A DNA stretch of 64,000 bases from assembly GCA_002371155.1 (NCBI GenBank), contig DFGC01000005.1, positions 20,024 to 84,023 of the forward strand. Direction: 5' to 3'. The position numbers and the translations under genes are program-made. Below, piece by piece: positions 48,909 through 58,609 of this stretch. This DNA comes from Alphaproteobacteria bacterium UBA3760 (lineage in GTDB: Bacteria; Pseudomonadota; Alphaproteobacteria; Rs-D84). Numbering within the stretch: the stretch's first letter is position 1; every line of letters starts with the position of its first letter. The notes below the pieces were generated by a model. That model worked only from the letters and a program-made list of their open reading frames with translations. It made no database searches and was not told where the DNA came from.

Positions 48909-48994
48909 CCGCCTTCGCCGGTAAGGACGGGGTGTTGGGTTCAAGATAACGAACAATGCTACGGCGCGATGATCGATTTTTCTAAATAAAAACG
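48909..48994 (+). ncRNA. candidate small RNA / repeat family R2, copy 2, ending in bidirectional terminator AACGGTATaaaaaaTACCGTT
   Basis: It shares the CCGCCTTCGCCGGTAAGG and ACGAACAATGCTACGGCGCGA blocks and a TTTCTAAA tail with the 2564..2665 copy. The terminator hairpin has a T-run on both strands. Confidence 0.3.
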
Positions 48995-49028
48995 GTATAA
49001 AAAATACCGTTTTTATTAATTAAAATCG

Positions 49029-50372
49029 TCATTTTCCCAAACACAATTGTGAAAATGTTGCGTCCATGACATCGGTCGCCGTGATAGTGCCGAGTATTTT
49101 TCCGATGTTGTCCGCGGCGCGTCGCACATGTTCGGCAAATATATCATAATTGCCGTCGAATGTCGTTAGGGCAGAATTTAATTCGCGTTCTGTATCCGAC
49201 AATAATTTATATGTGCGGGCATTTATAACCAAATTGTTTTCTGCGCCGTCCAAAGTATTATGCATGTATTCGCGAATTTTGTTTAATAATTCATCTATGC
49301 CGTCGCCGGTTTTTGCCGATGTATAAATTGCATTTTTGTTATTGCGGGTTTTGATTTCGTCGCATTTGTTGATAACAATGATTTCTTTGTTTTGTGTGTC
49401 CGAAAAGACCACCCCGTCGCTTCGCGCCACCCCTCCACAGGAGGGGAACTCGTTATCAGCATAAATGTGTAAAACTAAATCCGCATTGTCGAGTTCTGTT
49501 TTTGTTCTGTCGATTCCCATTTGTTCGATTTCGTCGCCGGTTTCACGCAATCCGGCGGTGTCAGATAAATTTACCAAATACCCGTCGATGTCGATTTGTG
49601 CAGATATTACATCGCGTGTTGTGCCGGGTGTATTCGACACGATTGCGCGGTTCGTTCCAACCAATTTATTAAACAGTGATGATTTGCCGACATTTGTTTC
49701 GCCAACGAATACTATATTAAACCCATGTGCGATTGCGCGCGATACATTATAACGCGAAAGTGATTTTTTAATATCGGTGTGTAATTCTTTGGTTTTACTT
49801 AAAATTTTTTCAGATATGTTTGCCGGTAAATCGGTTTCATCATAATCCAAAGTTGCGGCGGCATATGCGGCGATTTCAATCATTTGTTCGCGCCATGTGT
49901 TGTAAATCTTGCCGTCGCCACCCAACATCGATTTTAATGCAAATTTGCGTTGGCGGTCGGTTTGTGCGTCTAATAATGCCGCCAATCCGTCCACATCAGA
50001 TAAATCCATTTTGCCGTTCATAAATGCGCGACGCGAAAATTCGCCGGGGGTCGCCATGCGCATATTATGACCTGACAAAAATTCAAATATTTTGTTGATT
50101 ACCGCCGTTGCGCCATGTGTGTGAATTTCGATGATGTCGGTTCCGGTAAAAGATGCGGGCGCGGCAAAATAAATAACAATACATTGGTCGATTAAATCGC
50201 CCGTATCATCGCGCAGATTGCAAAAATATGCATGACGGGGTTTTACCACCCCAGTGTGGGGGAATATCAGTTTTGTTGCAAAATCATGCAAATTGTCGCC
50301 AGATATACGGATGACCGCAACACCGGATTTTCCAAAACCACTGGATAAAGCAAATATTGTATCGTTATTCAT
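49029..50372 (-). CDS. mnmE: tRNA modification GTPase MnmE (TrmE)
   Basis: N-terminus IFALSSG, G-domain motifs GETNVGKSSL and DTAG, and the C-terminal CLGK tetrapeptide. Confidence 0.85.
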   Translation of the reverse strand: MNNDTIFALSSGFGKSGVAVIRISGDNLHDFATKLIFPHTGVVKPRHAYFCNLRDDTGDLIDQCIVIYFAAPASFTGTDIIEIHTHGATAVINKIFEFLSGHNMRMATPGEFSRRAFMNGKMDLSDVDGLAALLDAQTDRQRKFALKSMLGGDGKIYNTWREQMIEIAAYAAATLDYDETDLPANISEKILSKTKELHTDIKKSLSRYNVSRAIAHGFNIVFVGETNVGKSSLFNKLVGTNRAIVSNTPGTTRDVISAQIDIDGYLVNLSDTAGLRETGDEIEQMGIDRTKTELDNADLVLHIYADNEFPSCGGVARSDGVVFSDTQNKEIIVINKCDEIKTRNNKNAIYTSAKTGDGIDELLNKIREYMHNTLDGAENNLVINARTYKLLSDTERELNSALTTFDGNYDIFAEHVRRAADNIGKILGTITATDVMDATFSQLCLGK

Positions 50373-50373
50373 T

Positions 50374-50952
50374 TTATTTACCCGAACTTATTTCTTTTAA
50401 TGCCATTGGGACCAGTTTTGCGACATCGGAACCTGGGTTATTGCTTACTAATTTTTGTGCCATGTCGATAATATCCAATCGGCGATAGCCCAATGATTCC
50501 AACGCAGAAAGCAGGTCGGGCAGGGCGGAATCGCCCGCCGATGCGCCATCAAAATCAAAGTTTGCCCCACCCATTTTGTTTTTCAATTCAACAATGATTT
50601 TTTCGGCAACCTTTTTACCGACACCCGGTGCGGTTGCGATTGTTTTTGCGTCGCCCGTTGCGATTGCCGACATCAGTGTATCGGTCTTGATTGATGACAT
50701 TATACCCAACGCAACCTTGGGTCCGACACCCGACACAGTTGTCAATTGGTTAAATAAATTTTGCCCAGATAAATTGGAAAACCCAAATAAACGAATCGAA
50801 TCTTCGCGGACAATCGTTTCAATCCACAGGGTCACCGTTGATTTTAATGTCAGGTAATCGGGCGTAAAAACCTTGTACCCGACGGGGCCCGCCATTATTA
50901 TTACAAAACCATCGCCGACATAATCAACAATTCCTTGCAATTTTCCAATCAT
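50374..50952 (-). CDS. ruvA: Holliday junction DNA helicase RuvA
   Basis: MIGKLQG N-terminus and two HhH motifs (GVGPKVALGI, GVGKKVAEKI). 192 aa. Confidence 0.8.
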   Translation of the reverse strand: MIGKLQGIVDYVGDGFVIIMAGPVGYKVFTPDYLTLKSTVTLWIETIVREDSIRLFGFSNLSGQNLFNQLTTVSGVGPKVALGIMSSIKTDTLMSAIATGDAKTIATAPGVGKKVAEKIIVELKNKMGGANFDFDGASAGDSALPDLLSALESLGYRRLDIIDMAQKLVSNNPGSDVAKLVPMALKEISSGK

Positions 50953-51002
50953 TTGTTATCCTTTTACGGGTATTTTATAACAATTAAATTAAAAGGTCAA
51001 AT

Positions 51003-51719
51003 ATGAGTGGACACAGTAAATGGCACAACATCCAACATAAAAAAGGTTTGGCGGATGCGGCACGCAGCGGACTGTTTACCAAGTTGGCGCGTGAAATAAC
51101 AATGGCGGCAAAGTTGGGCGATAAAAACCCTGATAATAATCCGCGACTTCGTTTGGCGATTTTGCAGGCGCGCAAAAATTCTATGCCGAACGATAATATT
51201 AAACGCGCAATCGACAAAGCGTCGGGTGCGAATACTGAAAATTTTGTCGCCGTTCGATACGAAGGTTATGGCCCCGGTGCGGTGCCGGTTATTGTCGAGG
51301 CGTTGACCGATAATCCGCGTCGGACTGTGCCGGAAATTCGTAATATTTTTGCAAAAAATGGTGGCAATATGGGCGAAGAAGGCTCGGTCGTGTTTATGTT
51401 CACGCATGCGGGGCAAATTATGTATCCGGCGTCCATTGGCAAAACCGAAGACGAAATGATGGAATTGGTTATGGAGGTTGATGCGGATAATTTGGAAACA
51501 TCACCCGAAGGATTTATTATCACAACCAAGCCTGATAATTTTATGAATGTGCAAAAGGCGTTGTCTGATAAATTGGGTGAACCCGAAAGTGCGGAAATGA
51601 CATGGTTGCCCAATATGCCCATGGATTTAGATGACGAGGCCTATGCCAAGGTGGAAAAATTGGTGGATGCGCTGGATGCGAATGATGATGTGCAGAAGGT
51701 GTTCACCGCGGCCGCATAA
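51003..51719 (+). CDS. yebC: YebC/PmpR-family transcriptional regulator
   Basis: MSGHSKWHNIQHKKG N-terminus is diagnostic. 238 aa. Confidence 0.85.
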   Translation: MSGHSKWHNIQHKKGLADAARSGLFTKLAREITMAAKLGDKNPDNNPRLRLAILQARKNSMPNDNIKRAIDKASGANTENFVAVRYEGYGPGAVPVIVEALTDNPRRTVPEIRNIFAKNGGNMGEEGSVVFMFTHAGQIMYPASIGKTEDEMMELVMEVDADNLETSPEGFIITTKPDNFMNVQKALSDKLGEPESAEMTWLPNMPMDLDDEAYAKVEKLVDALDANDDVQKVFTAAA

Positions 51720-51737
51720 GTAAAATAAAAATATAAC

Positions 51738-52015
51738 GGCACATCTGCTTGATTCCGGCTCGTTTATGTAGCATTTGTACACTGCACTCGCCGGAATCGT
51801 CGCATCTGTACCGTTCTATTTTTATTTTTAATTTGATTGCGGCACATCTGCTGGATTCCGGTTCGTTTATGTAGCATTTGTACACTGCACTCGCCGGAAT
51901 CGTCGCATCTGTACCGTTATCTTTTTATTTTTAATTTGATTGTGGCACATCTGGTCGATTCTGGCTCGTTTATGTAGCGTTTGTGCGCTACGCTTGCAAA
52001 CAACTGCGCATCTAT
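51738..52015 (+). repeat. three tandem copies (period 103 bp) of palindromic repeat family R1
   Basis: Units start at 51738, 51841 and 51944. Each carries the GATTCCGGC...GCCGGAATC inverted repeat and ends in a T-rich tract (TTTTTATTTTTAATTTGATTG). The third unit is diverged. Confidence 0.6.
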
Positions 52016-52114
52016 CTCATTCTAATTTATTTTTTAAGTCGGAGAATATTTACAGTTAAAAAATTCCCCATAAAATCATTTGGATTTTATGGGGTTTATG
52101 ATATAATAAAAATC

Positions 52115-52624
52115 ATGAGAATTATTGGAATTGACCCGGGTTTATTACATACAGGTTGGGCAATCATAGATGCGAACGGTCAACAACGGCACTATGTTGC
52201 CAGTGGTGTTATTTTGCCACCGACAAAATTGTCTTTGCCCGAAAGGTTGAGTCTGATTTTTCGTGGAATTACCGATTTGTGTGAAAAATTTAATCCAGAT
52301 GTGTGTAGCATAGAGATTATTTTCGTGAATAAAAATCCGAAAACTACACTGATTTTGGGGCATGCGCGCGCGGCGGCGATTGTTGCGGTGGCAAATAAAA
52401 ATATTGAAATTTTCGAATATGAACCAAATGCAATTAAAAAGGCTCTGACGGGGGCGGGGCATGCCGATAAAGAACAAATTTATAAAATGCTGAAAATATT
52501 GTTGCCGATGGCAAAACCAAAAACGGCGGATGAATCAGATGCGATTGCAATCGCAATGACCCACGCGAATATGGCAAAGTTTACCCCGTCGCGTGGTGCG
52601 CTGTGTGGGACAGGCACAGTTTAA
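52115..52624 (+). CDS. ruvC: crossover junction endodeoxyribonuclease RuvC
   Basis: MRIIGIDPGL start and conserved acidic catalytic residues. 169 aa. The upstream in-frame extension is rejected as non-coding because it covers the repeats. Confidence 0.85.
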   Translation: MRIIGIDPGLLHTGWAIIDANGQQRHYVASGVILPPTKLSLPERLSLIFRGITDLCEKFNPDVCSIEIIFVNKNPKTTLILGHARAAAIVAVANKNIEIFEYEPNAIKKALTGAGHADKEQIYKMLKILLPMAKPKTADESDAIAIAMTHANMAKFTPSRGALCGTGTV

Positions 52625-52693
52625 TAAATGCGTGATAATTTTATTCTTTTATTTAACTCTGTTTTGTGATAAAATTACAAGACGAGAGAGATT

Positions 52694-54814
52694 ATGAAAT
52701 TTATATCAAAAATTTTGTTTGTTGTATGTTGTGCTACGCCAATTACGGCGACGGCTGCGCCGATTGCGACCACATTGGGCAGTAATTTAACGGGATATAA
52801 TGGAAATTCATCTGTGGCAACGAATCAATGGAACACAATGACAAATCCCCGCGCAAATATACAGAACACGACGGTTAAAAATAATTTTGGAAATTGTAAT
52901 GCGTTGATATTGCGCTGTGCAACGCCAAAATGTGCGGGTGGCGGATGTGCGGACGCGGAAATCGCAAAGCAAATTGTTGTTGGTTGTGTGAATACAAATG
53001 CGTCGTGCAAACAATATGGCGATGATTTGGTGAATTTTATTTCGGCGCAGTTGGTGTCTGATTCGGTGGCGGCGCAAAATGCGGCGGCTGCGGCGGCAAC
53101 CGCGGCGGCGAATCAAAGCGCGGAACAAATCGCGAATATGCAACAACAAATGCAAATGCAGATGGCACAAATGCAGGAACAAAATAACGCGCAAATTTCT
53201 GCATTACAGGATGCATTACAGGAAAGTCAACGCGCCAATCAAGAAATGATGTTGTCGGCGGCGGAATCCGCCAAGGCATCTGCGCCATCGGCGGTGGATG
53301 CGGATACGGGATTAAATGCAACGCAGACGGCGGCGGCGCAATCGGGTGTTGATGCCGAGGTTATTCAACGCGCAACAATTACCGGCCAAATTTTAACCGG
53401 TATGGAAAGTGTCGATTCCAGTTTGAATCAATTAAAAACGACTATGCGTGATGCGTTTCGGTATGGCGGTTGCAATGAAATAAATGGCGATAATTGCACC
53501 GGGCCAAAACGCGTGAAAAAATTCAAAGAATTGTCTATGAAATTTTTTGACCCATACGATGCGTTGGTTGATAATTTAGAGGACGCATTGTTGCGCGCAC
53601 AAAGTGTTGGGGTTGATATGGGCGATATATATATGTTGCTGAGTGGGTCATGCAATCGATATGCAAAGTATTTATGTCGTGGAAATTATAGTAGTGGTTC
53701 GCCAATTTATAGTTCAGACACATGTTGTTTAGGTGATAATGATGGTTGCACTCAGTATAAATCAAAAAAAACAGGAACAACCAGGGGTGGGCATGATTGT
53801 GCCGATGGCATGGTTATTCCGCCCGAGGATTTGGTCGCGTGCACAGTAAATGAAATTTATAATGATGTTGATGGTTATGAAAAGGTGCAAGAGGCTTGGT
53901 TGAATCCGGATGAATCCAGCGCGGGGATAATTCGTGTTGGTTGTGCCAGTGATATTGTCAACAGTGGTATTTTGGGTCGGCGCGCCAGAACCAGAAAAAG
54001 TGTGGCGAATATTGATGTTCTGCAATATTTAATTATGCAGGATGCGCCGAATACAAATGATGAAATCAGTGCGGAAAAAATTAAAAAATATTGTGCAACC
54101 GCACCTTTGGAACCAAAATTGAAAAGTGCGACCATGTCGCGCAGTTTGCCACCAAAAATGTGTTGTGATGATGCAAGTGCGAAATGCGACGGTGATTGTA
54201 ATAATGATTTTGCGTATGTAGATCCGACATATGCGTTGTGTAATGTGCATAGGTATAATTTAGTAGACAATGACATAATGAATCCGACCGATGCGGAAAC
54301 CAAGGAAAAAGTTCGTCAAAATGTTGCGTTGAAAACGACGGTTATCGCACAACAAATGTATAAGCAATATGTTATGGTTGAATCTATGATTAAACGGTTA
54401 AAGATTCAATTGGAAAAGGCGGTGTTGAATGCAAATCTGCAAGTCGCCGGTGGCACATCGTCCAAATCGTCAGACGATTCAGTCAAGGTGGAGTTTAGTG
54501 ATTGCGGTGGAAAGTCGGCAGAAAATGCGTTGAATTGTGTGCAATCAAATTATACTAAATTGAAACCGTTTGTTGACAAGGGAAATTCTAAGAGAACGGT
54601 TCGTGAACAATTGTATAGTGATTTCAGAGTGTTAAAGGCGCATTTGGATAACTGGCCAAGAAGTGTTGATGAAACAAAATGCATAGTTGAAAATGTTAAA
54701 GATAAAAAAACTATGAAAGATTGTTTGGATTTGATAGAGGAAGGAATTACAAAATTGGATAAGCAAATCACAAATGAAAAATCAAGACAAAATTATAGAT
54801 ACCCGTGGGGATAA
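52694..54814 (+). CDS. large secreted Cys- and Gln/Ala-rich protein (hypothetical surface/secreted protein)
   Basis: Signal peptide, a Q/A/M-rich low-complexity coiled coil and more than 35 cysteines. No catalytic motif recognised. Confidence 0.4.
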   Translation: MKFISKILFVVCCATPITATAAPIATTLGSNLTGYNGNSSVATNQWNTMTNPRANIQNTTVKNNFGNCNALILRCATPKCAGGGCADAEIAKQIVVGCVNTNASCKQYGDDLVNFISAQLVSDSVAAQNAAAAAATAAANQSAEQIANMQQQMQMQMAQMQEQNNAQISALQDALQESQRANQEMMLSAAESAKASAPSAVDADTGLNATQTAAAQSGVDAEVIQRATITGQILTGMESVDSSLNQLKTTMRDAFRYGGCNEINGDNCTGPKRVKKFKELSMKFFDPYDALVDNLEDALLRAQSVGVDMGDIYMLLSGSCNRYAKYLCRGNYSSGSPIYSSDTCCLGDNDGCTQYKSKKTGTTRGGHDCADGMVIPPEDLVACTVNEIYNDVDGYEKVQEAWLNPDESSAGIIRVGCASDIVNSGILGRRARTRKSVANIDVLQYLIMQDAPNTNDEISAEKIKKYCATAPLEPKLKSATMSRSLPPKMCCDDASAKCDGDCNNDFAYVDPTYALCNVHRYNLVDNDIMNPTDAETKEKVRQNVALKTTVIAQQMYKQYVMVESMIKRLKIQLEKAVLNANLQVAGGTSSKSSDDSVKVEFSDCGGKSAENALNCVQSNYTKLKPFVDKGNSKRTVREQLYSDFRVLKAHLDNWPRSVDETKCIVENVKDKKTMKDCLDLIEEGITKLDKQITNEKSRQNYRYPWG

Positions 54815-54837
54815 TGAATATGTTTCGCATGTATGAA

Positions 54838-54865
54838 ATCTGGGCTGATGTCCCAGATTTTTTTT
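54838..54865 (+). terminator. rho-independent terminator (ATCTGGGctgatgTCCCAGAT + T8)
   Basis: Perfect 7-bp stem plus a T-run 24 nt after the stop. Confidence 0.5.
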
Positions 54866-55253
54866 CACAATTACCCCGTTGCCTGAATTGCGGTGTCGAC
54901 GGTATTACCGTCATACCGCGGTCGCGCGGTATCCAATTTGCGCCATTGGCGCAAATTTGTGTTATTTGGCATATGAGATATTACACAGGTTTGCGTTCGC
55001 AAACTGGATTCCGGCCTGCGCCGGAATGACGAGATGTGTATTATATTGTCATTCTGAACGACAGTGAAGAATCCATTTGATTCCGATACATAGTGTCGGA
55101 TGATTTTTTAATTTGCCAAACATGGATAGTTCGCTTGATGTTCGCTGGGCTTGCTTGATCAGTATGGGGCATTTTGTTGGAACCATTTCCACCTGTTTTA
55201 CTGGTTTTTCCCCGTTGGCGGGGAATAAAAGATGGATGATGATGTGATAATAT

Positions 55254-55589
55254 CTATTTCCGAAATGTTATTTTTGATATTGCGGGGTATCCAAAATATT
55301 TATTTATACGGCGCAAAATTTCGTCTTGGGAATACGATAATTGTAATGCCAATGCGGGGTTTGTTGGTTTTATCACAACACTGTATTTTTTATCGATGGT
55401 TTGTTTTATCGCAACCAATTTCGCAATATTTGCTATGTCGGACCCCATGATTTCGTCCCATCGTTGTGCCAGGTCCGTCGCAGATGCCGGCCGATGAAAC
55501 ATTTGGAAAAAATTGCCAAACACCCCCGCGATTGTCGTTGGACGCGTGATGCGTTTTTCTAATTTTTTTTCCGAATTATTTTCTGACAT
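55254..55589 (-). CDS. DUF721/DciA-like protein
   Basis: 111 aa. Position next to mltA and the typical W..I.G..IA..T.P..L..G.L.V pattern. Confidence 0.45.
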   Translation of the reverse strand: MSENNSEKKLEKRITRPTTIAGVFGNFFQMFHRPASATDLAQRWDEIMGSDIANIAKLVAIKQTIDKKYSVVIKPTNPALALQLSYSQDEILRRINKYFGYPAISKITFRK

Positions 55590-56679
55590 TTACATATTCC
55601 TTGGGCAATAGTATAAACATTTCACCCTGGGCATGTTGACCATGTGCGAATTTATATGCGTCGTCGCCAGAACCAAAAAATATGTCGGCGCGTATCCATC
55701 CGCGAATCGCAGAACCGGTGTCTTGGGCAATCATCAATCGTTGGAATTTGCGCCCGTCGGATAATTTCGTGTTCACATATACAGGCATACCAACGGTGTA
55801 AATCGAATCGTCAACCGCCAAACTGCGAATACGGGACAGGGGTGTTCCCAATTTGCCAATAACATTTTTAGATTCGGCTTCGCGGAAATATACATATCGT
55901 GGATTGTTATAAATGACTTCGCGTGCGATGGATGGATTTTTTTTCAGGTATTTCCAAACGGCATCGGCACTGTATCCGCCATCGGGTTTAATGCCGCGGT
56001 TGCGTAATTGTTCGCCAATCGATTTGAATTGCATATCGTTTGTTCCGCCAAAGTTTAATTTAACCGTTGAACCGTCGTCCAATGATAACATACCGCTGCC
56101 TTGGATTTGTATGTTTTGGACATCGACCATATCCGCCCAATATAAAACGCGTCCGATTTTGTTTTCGACGATTTTCTTTTTATGCACATTTTTGTATTCT
56201 GCGGGATTTGATGGTGCCGCCATCAATGGTTCGTTGCATTTCGCTGTTTTTGTGCGGCATGCTGGTATGGTTGGTGAATAGTATCCCGTAAATGTTCCGG
56301 TCGTATTGCCAGATGCGTCATATACTTTATATGGTTGAAAGTGCGATTCGAACCATGCACGAACGGTTTTAACATCGGACCCCGCGCCCGGCAACATATT
56401 GCATTTTTCTTGAACCAATGCCGCATCAGGAATCACCCGACCGGTGTATTGCAATTTTGCCCGACATGTGTTGCGGAATGCTTGGAGTGCGTATCGCACA
56501 TCGTCGTTTTCCCAATTTGGTAATGCCGAAAATGATACCGGTTTCAGGTTCGATGATGGCACAACGGCGTTGTTGCCTTGGTGGGGTGATGGTGTTGACA
56601 GGTCGCACGATGTCAATGAAAATGCCAGAAATAGTCCACAAATAACCCCGAAATATGTTGTTTTTGATATATTAAACAT
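55576..56679 (-). CDS. mltA: membrane-bound lytic murein transglycosylase A (lipoprotein)
   Basis: Lipobox LTSC. MltA-specific region and a C-terminal 3D domain (D.G.AI.G..D.F.G). Confidence 0.7.
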   Translation of the reverse strand: MFNISKTTYFGVICGLFLAFSLTSCDLSTPSPHQGNNAVVPSSNLKPVSFSALPNWENDDVRYALQAFRNTCRAKLQYTGRVIPDAALVQEKCNMLPGAGSDVKTVRAWFESHFQPYKVYDASGNTTGTFTGYYSPTIPACRTKTAKCNEPLMAAPSNPAEYKNVHKKKIVENKIGRVLYWADMVDVQNIQIQGSGMLSLDDGSTVKLNFGGTNDMQFKSIGEQLRNRGIKPDGGYSADAVWKYLKKNPSIAREVIYNNPRYVYFREAESKNVIGKLGTPLSRIRSLAVDDSIYTVGMPVYVNTKLSDGRKFQRLMIAQDTGSAIRGWIRADIFFGSGDDAYKFAHGQHAQGEMFILLPKEYVNVRK

Positions 56680-56760
56680 TTTTTATTCCCTCGCCACTTG
56701 TAAAATCTGTTTCATTTGTTATATTATCATAAAACGGACTAAAAAAAAAGGAGCAATCGC

Positions 56761-57213
56761 ATGTCGCAGTTCAAAATTATTTCTCAATTCTTGAAAGATA
56801 TTTCTTTCGAAAGCCCAAATGTCCCAGAATTGTTCTTTAACCAGGATAATGGCCAGGCGAAAATCGAAATAAATATTGATATTCAAATCAAGGGCGCGGA
56901 AAATAATGTGTTTATGGTCGATTTGGTTACCAAGGTTCATTCGAAATTGGATAAAGATGCAAAATCTATATTTTTGATTGAAACAACATATTCGGGTCTG
57001 GTGCAAATGGAAGAAGAAAAAGATGAAGAGGTCAAACGCCGCACTTTATTGATTGATGTGCCACATATGTTGTTCCCGTCGGTTCGTGCGTTGGTGACCC
57101 GTTTGACATCGGAATCTGGATTCCCGGCATTCACAATGCAGCCTGTGGATTTCGAGGCTTTGTACGAACAAAGAAAAAATGCCGCACAACAACAAAAACC
57201 GGCAAATCAATAA
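56761..57213 (+). CDS. secB: protein-export chaperone SecB
   Basis: 150 aa with MSQFKIISQFLKDISFESPN and an acidic C-terminal tail. Confidence 0.85.
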   Translation: MSQFKIISQFLKDISFESPNVPELFFNQDNGQAKIEINIDIQIKGAENNVFMVDLVTKVHSKLDKDAKSIFLIETTYSGLVQMEEEKDEEVKRRTLLIDVPHMLFPSVRALVTRLTSESGFPAFTMQPVDFEALYEQRKNAAQQQKPANQ

Positions 57214-57235
57214 TTATTATTTGGTTGAAAAATGA

Positions 57236-57262
57236 AAACCGTCCGTTTCGGGCGGTTTTTTC
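57236..57262 (+). terminator. rho-independent terminator (AACCGTCCGtttCGGGCGGTT + T6)
   Basis: Hairpin plus T-run 23 nt after the secB stop. Confidence 0.5.
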
Positions 57263-57310
57263 GTTGTTTTGTTTTATTGAAAAAGTATGGTATAATGTTA
57301 TGTCGTTTAT

Positions 57311-58546
57311 ATGGAGAGAGTTTTGGCCAAAGATAAATATATTTCGATAAATTCAGATGTGACCGGGTATTCTTTTGCGAACCTGGGGTTATTCACCGGG
57401 TTTGCGTCGGGTGTTTATAATGCGGTTTATTCGTTGGTTATTTTGGGGATTTTTACCGGAATTTTGGGTGATGAAAAATTGGCGTCGTCGGTGGTTGGTA
57501 TTTATGTCGCGCTGTATTCTGTGTTTTGTATGATTATCGGCGTTTTTTCCAAAGAATTGCTGCGTTGGTTTTCCAAAGTTCGTTTGATGTATATCGCGTT
57601 TTTGTTGGTTGTTATATGTTATGCGATGATGAGTTTTTCTGTTAAACCGACGACATTTGTTGCGCTGGATTATGCATCGGGTGTTGGGTCAACCATTGTC
57701 GGAATTTTAATCCCGTTGTTTATGGCAGATTTTTCCAAAGATATTGGTATGGCAAAATTAAATGCGCGATATTATTTTTGGGTCAATATTGGGTGTTTGG
57801 TTGCGCCGTTGTTCGCGTTGAATATGGCCGAGTGGTTCGGTAATTATCGTATCCCGTTTTTGGCATCTGCGATGATTTATGCAGGGGGATTATTATTTTT
57901 CAAACGATTCGGTATCGTGCAACAAGATAAAGAAATTAAATATGTCAGTCCCCGTCGCACAGTTAAATCTTTGTGGGTAAATACACTGGCGTTTTTCAGG
58001 CGTCCCGGTATGCCGCGTGCGTATGCAATAAATTTTGGATATTATGCGTTGTCGGCGATGCGTGTGTTGTATGTCCCTATTGTTGTGATAGAACAGGGTT
58101 TTTCTGCAAATGTGTTGGGGTGGGTTTTGACGATTGGTATTTTGCCGTATATTATATTTGATTTGTTTATCGGGAATCTGGTTCGGCGTGTCGGGCCAAA
58201 ATTGTTGATGATTATTGGAATGGCGTCTTTTGTTGGGTTTGCGATATTGGCAACATTTTTACAAGGTTATGCGTTGTTGGCAATATTTGTCCTGTGGCAG
58301 ATTTCTGGGGCGTTTATGGAACCGGTGCATGATTTGTTTTTCTTTGATAATGCCCAGAAAAGTGAACAATCACGGTTTTATGGCGTTTTCAAAACGACAT
58401 CATATTTGCCTAAGGTTATCGCCCCGATTTTGGGTGCCGCATGTATTGCGATTTTTGGCGCAACATCGGCGGTATGGTTTGTTCCGATTGCCGTCGGAGT
58501 TTTGGCGTTGTGTGTGTTGGTTTTTGGAAAACAGAATATTTCTTGA
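57311..58546 (+). CDS. MFS-type transporter
   Basis: About 12 predicted TM helices across 411 aa. Confidence 0.55.
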   Translation: MERVLAKDKYISINSDVTGYSFANLGLFTGFASGVYNAVYSLVILGIFTGILGDEKLASSVVGIYVALYSVFCMIIGVFSKELLRWFSKVRLMYIAFLLVVICYAMMSFSVKPTTFVALDYASGVGSTIVGILIPLFMADFSKDIGMAKLNARYYFWVNIGCLVAPLFALNMAEWFGNYRIPFLASAMIYAGGLLFFKRFGIVQQDKEIKYVSPRRTVKSLWVNTLAFFRRPGMPRAYAINFGYYALSAMRVLYVPIVVIEQGFSANVLGWVLTIGILPYIIFDLFIGNLVRRVGPKLLMIIGMASFVGFAILATFLQGYALLAIFVLWQISGAFMEPVHDLFFFDNAQKSEQSRFYGVFKTTSYLPKVIAPILGAACIAIFGATSAVWFVPIAVGVLALCVLVFGKQNIS

Positions 58547-58609
58547 ACAGACTTGCAAATGTGATTTTTTCTGTGTATGATTTTTATACAAGATAAAAGG
58601 GGAAATTTT

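Noticed and set aside
51738-52015. CRISPR-like array (regularly spaced repeats)
   Set aside because: The repeats are 103 bp and directly abutting. The only material between them is a conserved T-rich tail, not unique spacers. Each repeat carries its own internal palindrome, and a solo copy exists elsewhere, so this is a tandem REP/MITE-like repeat rather than a CRISPR array. No cas genes are present.
51983-52114. Upstream extension of ruvC (MRYACKQLRIYLILIYFL...)
   Set aside because: The extension covers the third R1 repeat unit and a 12-bp-stem hairpin. The conserved RuvC N-terminus MRIIGIDPG begins at 52115.
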